Positions 47,147-56,618 of a DNA stretch of 64,000 nucleotides are shown piece by piece. The notes under the pieces were generated by a model that was given only the letters and a program-made list of their open reading frames with translations, was not told the DNA's origin and made no database searches. Within the stretch, counting starts at the first letter, position 1. Each line of letters opens with the position of its first letter. This DNA is from an uncultured delta proteobacterium (GTDB taxonomy: Bacteria > Desulfobacterota > Binatia > Binatales > Binataceae): positions 138,115-202,114 of the forward strand of contig CAVVEB010000006.1 of assembly GCA_963747115.1 (NCBI GenBank), given 5' to 3'. A program made the translations under genes and the position numbers.

Positions 47147-48400
47147 TCAATTGCGCGATGTTCGATCGAGAAACTCCGGCGTGAGCAGTTCGGATGTGAA
47201 AGCCGCGCCGGTGAAGTTTCCGAAGAAAGCCTTCTTCAGTTCCTGGCTGCGATTTACGGCTTTGAAAATCGGCGCCATCGGTTCGGGCGATAGCAACAGG
47301 GTGGCTTGCAGGGTGGCCTCGTACAATGGTCCCGCAACCCTGTCTCGAGTTTGTTCGTACTTCGAGAGAGCGTCATCGATAAGATAGACGCCCGTGAATC
47401 CGGCGTGGATCGCGGCGGCCAAAAGCTCCGCGTCGCGAAATGCATCCATGATCCCATAACCAGTGAGCGGGTCCTTGTGATAACCGGCATCGCCGACTAA
47501 CGCCCATCCGGGACCATAAGCCTTCCTGAAAAAGTTTCGCGTGTCCGCGGTTCCGATCCAACGCTCGTCGCGAGAAGTGGCAGGCGCCCGCTCGGCGAGG
47601 CTGGGCGCGTACTCGCGAAGGTCGCCGAAGAAGATTCCTTCCACGTCCGCGCGATACTTCGCAAACTCGGCGTGCGGACGATACACGGCGATGCAGGCTT
47701 TGCCGTCATTAGTGGGAAAGGCGAGGATCTCGCCGCCCTCGCGGCGGTAGATCTCGGTCGACCTCATCGGCACGTCTCTGAAGTAGCTGTAGTAGGCGCA
47801 GCCTCGCGCCTCGACCTCGCGGTACTCCCCGGCCCCAACCGCGCGCGCGACCGCCGAATGTTGTCCGTCGGCGCCAATCACGATTCGCGCCTTCTCGACG
47901 ACCTCGGCGCCATGAGCATCGCGCCCGCGAATTCCGGTGACGCGGCCGTTTTCTTCCGTGACTCCGAGAAAGTAGAAGCTCTCGCGCAACTCGGCGCCCG
48001 CCTTGATTGCCGCGTCGCCCAGGATCTTGTCGAGCGCGATGCGGCGGGGACACAATCCGAATGTGATGCCTTGATGATCTGGCGGTGTTCCCTCGACCCA
48101 AGCAACTCCGATATCGATTCGGAATCCCCCGATCTTGGGACAGTTCGTCGCAAGCACCTGGTCCAGCAGACCCCATCGCTTCAGATTCGCGACCCCGGGA
48201 AGGTGGATGAAATGGGTCGACATGATGTCGCTCGGGAATGTGGCCTTATCGAGCAGCAGGACGCGATAGCCAAGCCTCGCAAGTAGCATCGCTACAGGAG
48301 ATCCCGCGCATCGCGCACCCACGATGATCGCGTCGTAATTCACGCCCACCTCTTCGCGCGGCCCAAGATCATTCAGCCGGCCATAATTCGGATGTTGCAT
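47147..48400 (-). CDS. FAD-dependent oxidoreductase / monooxygenase
   Basis: Rossmann start YDAIIVGARCAGSPVAMLLARLGYRVLLLDK; a later GD motif WALVGDAGYHKDPLTGYG. Confidence 0.75.
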   Translation of the reverse strand: MQHPNYGRLNDLGPREEVGVNYDAIIVGARCAGSPVAMLLARLGYRVLLLDKATFPSDIMSTHFIHLPGVANLKRWGLLDQVLATNCPKIGGFRIDIGVAWVEGTPPDHQGITFGLCPRRIALDKILGDAAIKAGAELRESFYFLGVTEENGRVTGIRGRDAHGAEVVEKARIVIGADGQHSAVARAVGAGEYREVEARGCAYYSYFRDVPMRSTEIYRREGGEILAFPTNDGKACIAVYRPHAEFAKYRADVEGIFFGDLREYAPSLAERAPATSRDERWIGTADTRNFFRKAYGPGWALVGDAGYHKDPLTGYGIMDAFRDAELLAAAIHAGFTGVYLIDDALSKYEQTRDRVAGPLYEATLQATLLLSPEPMAPIFKAVNRSQELKKAFFGNFTGAAFTSELLTPEFLDRTSRN

Positions 48401-48552
48401 TCGCGATGCCGCTTGCCGAAGTCGATGATGTCCTGCTCATCCTTGGTGGCGCCGGTTTTGTTCTCGGCGAACATCAACTGCCTGGCGGCCGCGGGGTCGA
48501 CGGCGTCAGCCTCGACGCTCAAGTTATGGTCATCGCAGACGATAAATGCCAT
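48373..48552 (-). CDS. Small ORF (59 aa) overlapping the start of the FAD-dependent oxidoreductase
   Basis: Just below the track's length cut-off. My translation is MAFIVCDDHNLSVEADAVDPAAARQLMFAENKTGATKDEQDIIDFGKRHRECNIRIMAG*. GGAG lies about 12 nt upstream, and its end overlaps the downstream start by 28 nt. No family recognised. Confidence 0.3.
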   Translation of the reverse strand: MAFIVCDDHNLSVEADAVDPAAARQLMFAENKTGATKDEQDIIDFGKRHRECNIRIMAG

Positions 48553-48666
48553 GGGAAAAAATATCTCCTTAAGTGCGAGCCCGTTAAGCTATACGAAGAG
48601 ACCGCGGATGTCAGCCGCGGCAATCGGAATCGGCGCGATTCGAAACCATCGAGCGGGTTACGCCAT

Positions 48667-49539
48667 TCAGATGAGTTTCATTTCCTTCATTGCGGCACGG
48701 AGTCTATCCCCGGCGGGCGCGGACATCGGAGTCAGCGGCATGCGAAGCTCCCCGGTACATTTACCCATCAATCCCAATGCTAGTTTCAGCGGGATCGGAT
48801 TGGTTTCGATGAAGAGCGTGCGAAGCAGCGGCAATATCTGGTAATGAATTTGGCGCGCGCGCGTAAAGTCTCCCTCCAGCGCGGCGGCCGCGAGGTCGTG
48901 CATCTCGCGCGGCATTACATTGCTGATCGTCGAGATGACACCCTTGGCGCCCAGCGCCATCATCGGAAGCGTCATCGCGTCGTCGCCCGCGAGAATAGTC
49001 AGCCGATCGCCGCACAAACGGCGCACGTCGGAGATTTGATCCATCGAGCCCGAGGCGTCCTTGACGCCGACGATGTTGCGAATCTCGCATAGCCGCGCGA
49101 AGGTTTCGGGTGCAACGTTGGAGGCGGTCCTGCCGGGGATGTTGTACACCAGCATCGGCAGGTCAACTGCCGCGGCGATCATTTTGTAGTGGCGAAAAAT
49201 CCCTTCCTGCGTGGGTTTGTTGTAGTAGGGCGAAATTATCAGTGCCCCATCGGCGCCCATTTCGCGCGCCGCGACCGTGAGCCGAATCGCCTCGGCAGTG
49301 GAATTCGAGCCGGTGCCCGCGACTACCGGTACCCGCCGCCGCGCTTGTTCGATGGTGATTTTGATGACGCGATCATGTTCCGCATGGGTCAGCGTCGCCG
49401 ACTCGCCGGTAGAACCGCACGGTACCAGGCCATCGATGCCGCTTTGGATTTGCCATTCGATGAGTTCGCACAGCGAGTGTTCGTCAACCTCTCCATCGCG
49501 AAAAGGCGTTGCGAGCGCCGATAGAGCACCGTTAAACAT
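48667..49539 (-). CDS. dapA: 4-hydroxy-tetrahydrodipicolinate synthase
   Basis: MFNGALSALATPF..., GLVPCGSTGE, YNKPTQ, and the active-site Lys region. I place the start at the ATG at 49539, behind GGAGG. Confidence 0.92.
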   Translation of the reverse strand: MFNGALSALATPFRDGEVDEHSLCELIEWQIQSGIDGLVPCGSTGESATLTHAEHDRVIKITIEQARRRVPVVAGTGSNSTAEAIRLTVAAREMGADGALIISPYYNKPTQEGIFRHYKMIAAAVDLPMLVYNIPGRTASNVAPETFARLCEIRNIVGVKDASGSMDQISDVRRLCGDRLTILAGDDAMTLPMMALGAKGVISTISNVMPREMHDLAAAALEGDFTRARQIHYQILPLLRTLFIETNPIPLKLALGLMGKCTGELRMPLTPMSAPAGDRLRAAMKEMKLI

Positions 49540-49567
49540 TTCAGCCTCCGCCGATTCCAACGAGAGC

Positions 49568-50455
49568 TTAAGCCGCGATCAATTCGCCGGCCCCGAGTTC
49601 GACTTCTCCGCGAAAGACCACCACTGCGTCTCCGGTCATGAATACGTGATTAGCGTGTGCGCCACTTTCGCGCCATTCGATTTCGAGCTTTCCGCCACGC
49701 AGTTCGACGGTCGCTTTCCGATCTGATCTTTTGGTCAAGACCGCCGCGACCAGCGCCGCGCATGCGCCGGTCCCGCACCCGAGCGTCTCACCGGAGCCGC
49801 GTTCCCAGACCCGCATTTTCAGATGACTTCGCGAGAGCGGGAGGATGAATTCGGTATTCACGCGTTTTGGAAAGAACGGATGATGCTCGAATTGGCGGCC
49901 GAGCCTGGCGAACTCATAGAGATCCAGCTTGGAAATGGTGTCGTCATTCACGAAGACAACGCAATGCGGATTGCCCATCGAGACCGCGGTAATCTTCGCG
50001 CTGCGTCCACCCACTTCGAGCTTTTGGTCGACGATGGTGCCGTCGGCATCGACGGGGATTTCGCGACCCTCCAGAATCGGCTCGCCCATGTCGACTGTGG
50101 CGCCATCGACTTTGCCTTCGCTGAAGGTGAGCGCGACGGTTTTGATGCCGCAATCGGTTTCGACCTCGATCGGATTTTTGTGCGCGATGCCATTCTCGTA
50201 CGCGAGCCGCGCGAGGCAGCGGATTCCGTTGCCGCACATTTCACCCCGGCTGCCGTCGGCGTTGTACATTTCCATTCTGATGTCGGCCTGGCTGGAGGGC
50301 GCGAGCATGATCAGTCCGTCGCCGCCGACCCCGAAGCGCCGATCCGAGAGCCGGATCGAAAGCTGGGTTGGGTCCGCGGGGCGGACTTTATTCGCGACGA
50401 CGAAAATGTAGTCGTTGCCGCATCCCTGCATCTTGGTGAATTCGAGTTTGGCCAT
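49568..50455 (-). CDS. dapF: Diaminopimelate epimerase
   Basis: FTKMQGCGNDYIF, ADGSRGEMCGNGIRC, RVWERGSGETLGCGTGACA (both catalytic Cys). Confidence 0.92.
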   Translation of the reverse strand: MAKLEFTKMQGCGNDYIFVVANKVRPADPTQLSIRLSDRRFGVGGDGLIMLAPSSQADIRMEMYNADGSRGEMCGNGIRCLARLAYENGIAHKNPIEVETDCGIKTVALTFSEGKVDGATVDMGEPILEGREIPVDADGTIVDQKLEVGGRSAKITAVSMGNPHCVVFVNDDTISKLDLYEFARLGRQFEHHPFFPKRVNTEFILPLSRSHLKMRVWERGSGETLGCGTGACAALVAAVLTKRSDRKATVELRGGKLEIEWRESGAHANHVFMTGDAVVVFRGEVELGAGELIAA

Positions 50456-50461
50456 CGTGAA

Positions 50462-51721
50462 CTACCGGGCCTTCAGCTCGACGATCTTTTCACCGCGAAT
50501 AATGTCTTCGAAGCTTTCGCGTTCGCGGATCACATGCGCCTCGGAGCCATCAACCAAAATCTCCGCCACACGAGGACGGCTGTTGTAATTCGACGCCATC
50601 ACGGCGCCGTATGCACCCGCACTCATCACCGCAAGTAAGTCGCCTGACGCGGGCTCGGGCAATTCGCGCTCGCGGGCAAGAAAGTCGCCGCTTTCGCAGA
50701 CCGGGCCAACCACATCGGCAGTGACATTCAGCGCGGCTGATTTCTTCACGACCGGCTGAATCGCGTGATAGGCCTCATACAGTACCGGCCTGATCAGATC
50801 GTTCATCGCGGCATCGACGACGATGAAGCGCTTCACGTCGGTTTCCTTCAGATACAGAACCTTGGTGACCAAAACGCCGGCGTTGCCTACAATCACGCGG
50901 CCTGGCTCCGCGATAATTCTCAGCCCCAAACCCGCGATCGGTTTCAGGATCGCCTTGGCATATTCCGATGGCGACGGAGGCTCTTCCTGATACGGAATGC
51001 CCAGACCCCCGCCGATATCCAGATACTTCAGCGCGACGCCGTCGGCGCGAAGCCGGCCCACGATGGCGGCGACTTTATTTCCCGCCTCGGTGAACGGAGC
51101 CGTGTCGGTAATCTGCGACCCGATGTGCGTGCTCAATCCCACCAGCTCCAGACTCGGCAGCGTCCGCGCCTCGGCGTAATACTCATCGGCTTGCGAAAGT
51201 GGAATTCCGAACTTGCTGTCGCGATGGCCGGTGGAAATGTGCGGATGGGTGCCGGGATCGAGATCCGGATTGATTCGCAGGCTGATCGGCGCTCGATGTT
51301 TCATTCGTCCCGCAACTTCCGAGACGCGATGGAGCTCTGGACGCGACTCGATATTGATCATGAGGATCTGATGCTTGAGGGCGGCGGCGATCTCCTCGTC
51401 GGTCTTGCCGACCCCGGAAAAAACGATTTTTCGCGCGTCGGCGCCGGCCCGGACACATCGCATCAGTTCGCCGACCGACACGATATCGAATCCCGATCCC
51501 ATCGAGGCGAACAACTTCAGGATGCTAAGATTCGAAAGCGCCTTCATCGCATAGCAGATCAAATGATCGGTGCCGGCGAACGCCTCATCGAACACTCTGA
51601 AATGACGACGCAAAGTGCGCGCGCTGTAGACGTAAACCGGCGTGCCGAAACGGCGCGCGAGGTCGCGAATCGGGACGTCCTCGGCAAACAGCTCGTGGTT
51701 CCTATATTCGAAATAGTGCAT
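50462..51721 (-). CDS. lysA: Diaminopimelate decarboxylase
   Basis: TPVYVYS, CYAMKALSN (PLP Lys), DIGGGLGI, EPGR, CESGD. Confidence 0.92.
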   Translation of the reverse strand: MHYFEYRNHELFAEDVPIRDLARRFGTPVYVYSARTLRRHFRVFDEAFAGTDHLICYAMKALSNLSILKLFASMGSGFDIVSVGELMRCVRAGADARKIVFSGVGKTDEEIAAALKHQILMINIESRPELHRVSEVAGRMKHRAPISLRINPDLDPGTHPHISTGHRDSKFGIPLSQADEYYAEARTLPSLELVGLSTHIGSQITDTAPFTEAGNKVAAIVGRLRADGVALKYLDIGGGLGIPYQEEPPSPSEYAKAILKPIAGLGLRIIAEPGRVIVGNAGVLVTKVLYLKETDVKRFIVVDAAMNDLIRPVLYEAYHAIQPVVKKSAALNVTADVVGPVCESGDFLARERELPEPASGDLLAVMSAGAYGAVMASNYNSRPRVAEILVDGSEAHVIRERESFEDIIRGEKIVELKAR

Positions 51722-51758
51722 CTGTAGGGGTCGTTTTTATCATAGCTTCGACCGGTAA

Positions 51759-52253
51759 TCACGGCAGCGGCGTTGGCTGCGGTAGCTGGTAGTTCTCAGG
51801 ATTGGGAGGAGGCGCGGGTGTCTCGTAGGAAATCTCGGCCAAGTCGGAAGGTTCGCTGCGGTAGTTGTCCAGCGTCGCCGAGACCACCTGATATCGATAG
51901 TGACGCCCGATGACGGCTGTGTTGTCCAGATAGGTGAAGCGATGCTGCTGCTGGAAGCGATCCTGATCGGTGACCGGAATCTCCGCAAGCGGCTGGAATC
52001 CACCGCTGCCTTCGGCGCGATCGATCTCGAAACTCCCGAGATCGCTCATCTTGTGACCGCCGGCGGTATCTTCCGGACGATCCCATGAGAGTCTAACGCC
52101 GTCTTTCTCCGCGATCGCGTTCAAACTGGTGATTTGCTCGGGCACCGCTAATTGCGGAGCAATTGGCGGTGACTTCGCACCACATCCGATCCCGAGCATC
52201 GGCGCTACGATGATCGCCATCAAGATCGACGCGATACGAGCTTGCCGTTTCAT
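51759..52253 (-). CDS. Lipoprotein with a fibronectin-type-III-like domain
   Basis: Lipobox MLGIGC after a signal peptide. The body, ...GVRLSWDRPEDTAGG...YRYQVVSAT, resembles an FN3 fold. Confidence 0.5.
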   Translation of the reverse strand: MKRQARIASILMAIIVAPMLGIGCGAKSPPIAPQLAVPEQITSLNAIAEKDGVRLSWDRPEDTAGGHKMSDLGSFEIDRAEGSGGFQPLAEIPVTDQDRFQQQHRFTYLDNTAVIGRHYRYQVVSATLDNYRSEPSDLAEISYETPAPPPNPENYQLPQPTPLP

Positions 52254-53710
52254 TCGCGCAGGTTCTTGATACGTTGGCGGACGAGTCCGGGCGCCGGCCC
52301 GCCAATCACGGAACGGACCTTGATCGAATTTTCGGGATCGAGAAGCTCGATTACGTCGCCGTCAAAACGCGCCGAATAGCTGCGAAACTCCTGGATGCTG
52401 AGATCGCTGAGCGATTTGCCGGCGGTGATAGTATCGCGCACCAACGAGCCGACGATTTCATGGGCCTCACGGAACGGCAGGCCCCGCGCAACCAGATATT
52501 CCGCGAGATCGGTGGCGAGCGTAAATCCGCCGGCCGCGGCGCTCATCGCAGCGGGGTCAAATGTGATCAGCGGCCATAGCTTCGAGAGCAGGCTGAGGGC
52601 GGGCTTGATAGTGTCGAGGGCGTCAAAAACGCATTCCTTGTCTTCCTGCAAATCTGAGTTATAGGTCAACGGCAGGCCTTTGAGGATGGTAAGCATCGTG
52701 ACCAAGCCGCCGATCACCCGTCCGGTTTTGCCGCGGATCAGTTCGAGCAAATCGGGATTTTTCTTTTGCGGCATCATCGAGCTGCCGGTCGAGAATTCGT
52801 CAGGCAGCACCGCGAACCCGAACTCGGAGGTCGTCCACAAAATCAATTCTTCGCTCATCCGCGAAAGATGAACTGCAAGCAAGGCCGCTGCGGACAGAAA
52901 GTCGACCGCGAAATCCCGATCGGAGACGGCGTCCATGCTGTTTTGCGAAATGCGCCTGAAACCGAGCTCGCGCGCAACGGCGTCGCGATCGATCGGGAGT
53001 GTAGTGCCTGCCAACGCTCCCGCGCCGAGCGGCATGACGTCAGTACGGTCGAGGGCTTGAGTGAAACGTTCGCTATCGCGTTCGAACATTTCTACGTAGG
53101 CGAGAACATGATGCGCGAGCGAGACCGGCTGTGCCCGCTGCATATGCGTGTAGCCCGGCATGACGGTGTCAACATGATCGCTCGCGACCCGAATCAAAAC
53201 CCTTCGCAAATCCTGGATGAGCGTGATGACATCCGGGATTTCCTCCTTCAGGAAAAGTCGCAAATCCAACGCTACCTGATCATTGCGCGAACGCGCGGTG
53301 TGAAGCTTTCTGCCCGCGGCGCCGGTGGTCTCAATCAGCCGGCGCTCGATCGCTATATGGATGTCTTCGTCGGAAATATTGAATTGGAACTTCCCGGTCT
53401 TGATTTCGCGCTCGATGCGGCGCAGGCCCTCGCCGATCTGTGCTGCCTCGCGCCGCGAGATCAGCTTCACCTTCGCGAGCATGTTTGCGTGAGCGATCGA
53501 GCCACGGATGTCGTGTCGAAAAAGCCGGCGGTCGAGCGACAACGAGGCAGTATAGGCCTCGACTTCCGACAGGCGTCCTGTGCCGAAGCGGCCTCGAAGC
53601 AGATTGCCCGCCCCGGCTTTTGCCGCTGGTTTTCCTCGCGACTTCATGAAAGGAGTATCGAAGTTGCCCGAAAACCCTCTTCGCGCACAAGGGCTGGCCA
53701 AGTGCGCCAT
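52250..53710 (-). CDS. argH: Argininosuccinate lyase
   Basis: DIRGSIAHANML, TARSRNDQVALDLRL, PGYTHMQRAQP, GSSMMPQKKNPD. The start is uncertain (alternative ATG at 53647). Confidence 0.92.
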   Translation of the reverse strand: MAHLASPCARRGFSGNFDTPFMKSRGKPAAKAGAGNLLRGRFGTGRLSEVEAYTASLSLDRRLFRHDIRGSIAHANMLAKVKLISRREAAQIGEGLRRIEREIKTGKFQFNISDEDIHIAIERRLIETTGAAGRKLHTARSRNDQVALDLRLFLKEEIPDVITLIQDLRRVLIRVASDHVDTVMPGYTHMQRAQPVSLAHHVLAYVEMFERDSERFTQALDRTDVMPLGAGALAGTTLPIDRDAVARELGFRRISQNSMDAVSDRDFAVDFLSAAALLAVHLSRMSEELILWTTSEFGFAVLPDEFSTGSSMMPQKKNPDLLELIRGKTGRVIGGLVTMLTILKGLPLTYNSDLQEDKECVFDALDTIKPALSLLSKLWPLITFDPAAMSAAAGGFTLATDLAEYLVARGLPFREAHEIVGSLVRDTITAGKSLSDLSIQEFRSYSARFDGDVIELLDPENSIKVRSVIGGPAPGLVRQRIKNLRE

Positions 53711-53770
53711 GTCCTTGCGGCCGGTCGCTATTCGCAGCTCCAGCTTCCGAGTCGTCCACTTCGGGCGCGG

Positions 53771-54442
53771 CTAGTACCCCAAAGTTGCTCTGCAGAATGG
53801 CGTTGTCGCTGTCGCGGCAGCCTTCTGCGAAGCCGCCGGCGCTGCGACTGCGGTTGGCGTTGAAGTGGACGCCGGAGGCGTAGCCGTTGGCGCTAAGACA
53901 GTGGGAAGAGCCTCATTGCTCATTTCGGGAATGGTGGGAGTTGCAGCGGGTACGGCTTCCGATTCGGAGGGAGCAGGTGCGGTCATTCGAGTGCCAACTC
54001 CATAGGTGTATACCATTTCGCCACCCAGATGGCCGATGTAGAGCAGGATCCCCGCGGATGTGATGGCGAAGATAAGGTAAACTGGCCGCGAACCTGCGAA
54101 GAATCCGATTCCCTGAATCAGAATTCTCCATACCGCCAGCACGCCGAAGACGACCGCCATGTATGTCCCAAGCATCGCATGCCAATGTAGTACCGATTTC
54201 GCCTCGGGCGACATTGTTTTCCAGACCCGGTCGCCTTCCATGTCGCCGGTGAAATAAGAAGATCCGGCGGCGATCGCACTTAGGATCATGAGCGTGAGCG
54301 CCATATATCGGAGCCATATGCGAGTAGGCGCAGCACTGGCTATGACGTCGATCGCGATGCCGACGAGCAGCAGACTGACCGTAAAATGGTCAACGACCGG
54401 ATGAAGATCCCAACGTTGCAGGTCCGCGAGAATAGCGTCCAT
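53771..54442 (-). CDS. DUF2231 membrane protein with a Pro/Thr/Ala-rich C-terminal tail
   Basis: N-terminal HPVVDHFTVSLLLVGIAIDVIA is typical of DUF2231; four TM helices. Tail: APAPSESEAVPAATPTIPE...APTATPPASTSTPTAVAAPAA. Confidence 0.6.
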   Translation of the reverse strand: MDAILADLQRWDLHPVVDHFTVSLLLVGIAIDVIASAAPTRIWLRYMALTLMILSAIAAGSSYFTGDMEGDRVWKTMSPEAKSVLHWHAMLGTYMAVVFGVLAVWRILIQGIGFFAGSRPVYLIFAITSAGILLYIGHLGGEMVYTYGVGTRMTAPAPSESEAVPAATPTIPEMSNEALPTVLAPTATPPASTSTPTAVAAPAASQKAAATATTPFCRATLGY

Positions 54443-54624
54443 CGATAGCGATGCTCCTGTTCGTCGCCGCCCGTGGCAATATATGCGCCCGGCGGATCAT
54501 TCGGCCATTACTGAAATCCGTTCTCTTTTATTGCAGAGGGAACCTTTCCCACGCAAATCGCAATTCACCCGAAGAAACCGAATCATAGTGTGGATGGACC
54601 GGCCAAAAAAGCGGTATGCCACAC

Positions 54625-56487
54625 TCAAGGCGCAGGAGTCGGCGTCGCCGAGGGCATCGCGGATGACGACGCGGTGGGCGACGGCGACGAAACGTTGGTG
54701 GCAGCCGGCGTCGGCCCCGAAGCTGCCGAAACTGTCGGCTCCCCAGAAGGCGTCGATACTGGCGAAGAAACGCTCGCGGTCACCGCGGCGGCCGGAGTCT
54801 GCGCTGGAGTGGGCGCAGGAGGTACCCCGGGAGACAGCGCGCGTGCATCGATGCGGAGATCGTTGCCTGAGACGCCACTCCAGGTCGCTTGAGTGAAGAA
54901 GTAACGCACCGCCGCTGCCGCAGTCAGGTTGGCGAGCGTCGGGTCCCACCGTTCCTCGAGCGTAAAATCGTAGCTTTCGAGCAGATTCGCCTCCTTGTTG
55001 GTGCCGGCCTGGGAAACAATCAACTCGGCATCTGAGATATTGTCTGCCACCCTCAGTCCTCGCAGATACCATTCCGCAGCCGGACTATCATCAGCGAAAA
55101 ATACCGCCCCGCGATCCGTCACCGCGCGTTCGGCGTGGCTGAATTCCTGTTGCGCCTCAGTGGTGGTGGCAGCATCGGTCCAGTAAAGGAGCATATGCCG
55201 CGACCATGATGCCTCACTCGGGTCGGGAGCGACTCGTACGAAAATGACGGTCAGCTGAACATAGATTGAAAGGACCGCGAGGACCGCGAGCGGATAGCGG
55301 ACGAATCTCCACCCTTGCGTATGGTGTATCCAATCGATGCCCGCCGCTCCGATCAGCGCTGCCGGCACAATCATCATCACCAGCCACTCGGTATGCCGCG
55401 TGGGATTGGCGAGGAAAAAACTTGCCGCCAAAATAGTCCAAAGAAAACTGACCACGGCCAATCGCGATCTGATCCGGAACGCGGCAAAAGCGATCACGCC
55501 GAATAGGGCGGCTATTGCGACGCCAAATTCATAGAAGACGAGCGCCGGCAAATAGTAAGCGACCCCGCCGTGAAAATCAGGATGCACGACCGGAAGCCAA
55601 TCCTGCGCCGCGCCAACAAGTACTGGGACCAAAAAGTTGCGCCGCCCGAAAGCGGATTCGAAAGCAAAAAAGAGTGCAACTACGATCGCACCCGCGAAGA
55701 GGAACTGAGCCGAACGCCGTTCCCACCAAACCCGAAACCGGATCGTGGGATTGCGGCCAACAATCAACTCGTATATTCCCAGCAGAATAAGAATCAGCAC
55801 AAGAATCACCGCAATTGGAACCACTACTGCCGCGGTGGACAGCGCTAGTGCGATTGCACACGCGAGTCCGATCACTTTGCCCGTGTCGGCATTGCCGATG
55901 AGCGCGAGCATGACCGCAATCGCGATTACGATCAGCGCGGCGGCCGGCACTACCGGTGAGGTAGAACGCGAGAAGTAGGTCACCGTCGGCGAGAGCGTCA
56001 TCATCGTCGCGAACGCGAGCGCGCCTGCCCGACCGAGGCGCCGTCGCATAGCGAACGCGGCGGCGATCAGAAACAGACCGAACAGCGCGGAAATCATTCT
56101 GGCGCTGAAATCGCTGGCACCGAAGGCAATCAAGAATGCCGCCCTCAACGGTTCCAGCCATCCCGATCCCGTCTGCGGGTTCGACGCGAGCACCTCCAAG
56201 CCGTGGCGCGCGATATCTCTCACGCAGAGCGCATCGCGAGCCTCGGCGGAACCGAGAGGACGGAGCCCGAGCACGCCCAGCCTGGTGATCAGCGCGTACA
56301 GCGCGACTACCGCCCAGCCGAGACGGTCGACGGTGACAACGTACAGAGGAGCATCGAGGCGGTCGACGCTCAGATCGGCTGGGCCAATCGCGGACGGCGG
56401 CTGCGCTTCGGGGCGCAGATGCTCGCCGGACTCGATGCCCAACCGCCATTCATCAATATCGCGATGGATCTGATCAGGCATGGACAA
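54625..56487 (-). CDS. GT-C-fold membrane glycosyltransferase (GT39/PMT_2/ArnT-like) with a Pro/Thr/Ser/Ala-rich C-terminal tail
   Basis: 620 aa, about 11 or more TM helices, then a soluble domain. The first-loop segment LRPLGSAEARDAL resembles the GT-C acidic motif region. Tail: GVPPAPTPAQTPAAAVTASVSSPVSTPSGEPTVSAASGPTPAATNVSSPSPTASSSAMPSATPTPAP. Confidence 0.55.
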   Translation of the reverse strand: MSMPDQIHRDIDEWRLGIESGEHLRPEAQPPSAIGPADLSVDRLDAPLYVVTVDRLGWAVVALYALITRLGVLGLRPLGSAEARDALCVRDIARHGLEVLASNPQTGSGWLEPLRAAFLIAFGASDFSARMISALFGLFLIAAAFAMRRRLGRAGALAFATMMTLSPTVTYFSRSTSPVVPAAALIVIAIAVMLALIGNADTGKVIGLACAIALALSTAAVVVPIAVILVLILILLGIYELIVGRNPTIRFRVWWERRSAQFLFAGAIVVALFFAFESAFGRRNFLVPVLVGAAQDWLPVVHPDFHGGVAYYLPALVFYEFGVAIAALFGVIAFAAFRIRSRLAVVSFLWTILAASFFLANPTRHTEWLVMMIVPAALIGAAGIDWIHHTQGWRFVRYPLAVLAVLSIYVQLTVIFVRVAPDPSEASWSRHMLLYWTDAATTTEAQQEFSHAERAVTDRGAVFFADDSPAAEWYLRGLRVADNISDAELIVSQAGTNKEANLLESYDFTLEERWDPTLANLTAAAAVRYFFTQATWSGVSGNDLRIDARALSPGVPPAPTPAQTPAAAVTASVSSPVSTPSGEPTVSAASGPTPAATNVSSPSPTASSSAMPSATPTPAP

Positions 56488-56618
56488 TAGGTGGTTTTAC
56501 GAGCATGTAAAATATTAAACCAAACTACGACGGGAACCTTGAGCATTCATCGCCAGCGGTTCATTGTTAGGAGTCTTGGTCAACAGTTTTCTATCTCTGA
56601 TCGTCAAGCGCGCGTACG

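Noticed and set aside
50765-53863. 320-aa and 365-aa plus-strand ORFs (50765..51727; 52766..53863). Similar long shadows occur at 24258..25148 (-), 40611..41438 (+), 55577..56449 (-) and 47672..48286 (+).
   Set aside because: All lie antisense to, or out of frame within, genes with strong family signatures (lysA, argH, actB, methyltransferase, GT-C, FAD oxidoreductase). None shows motifs of its own.
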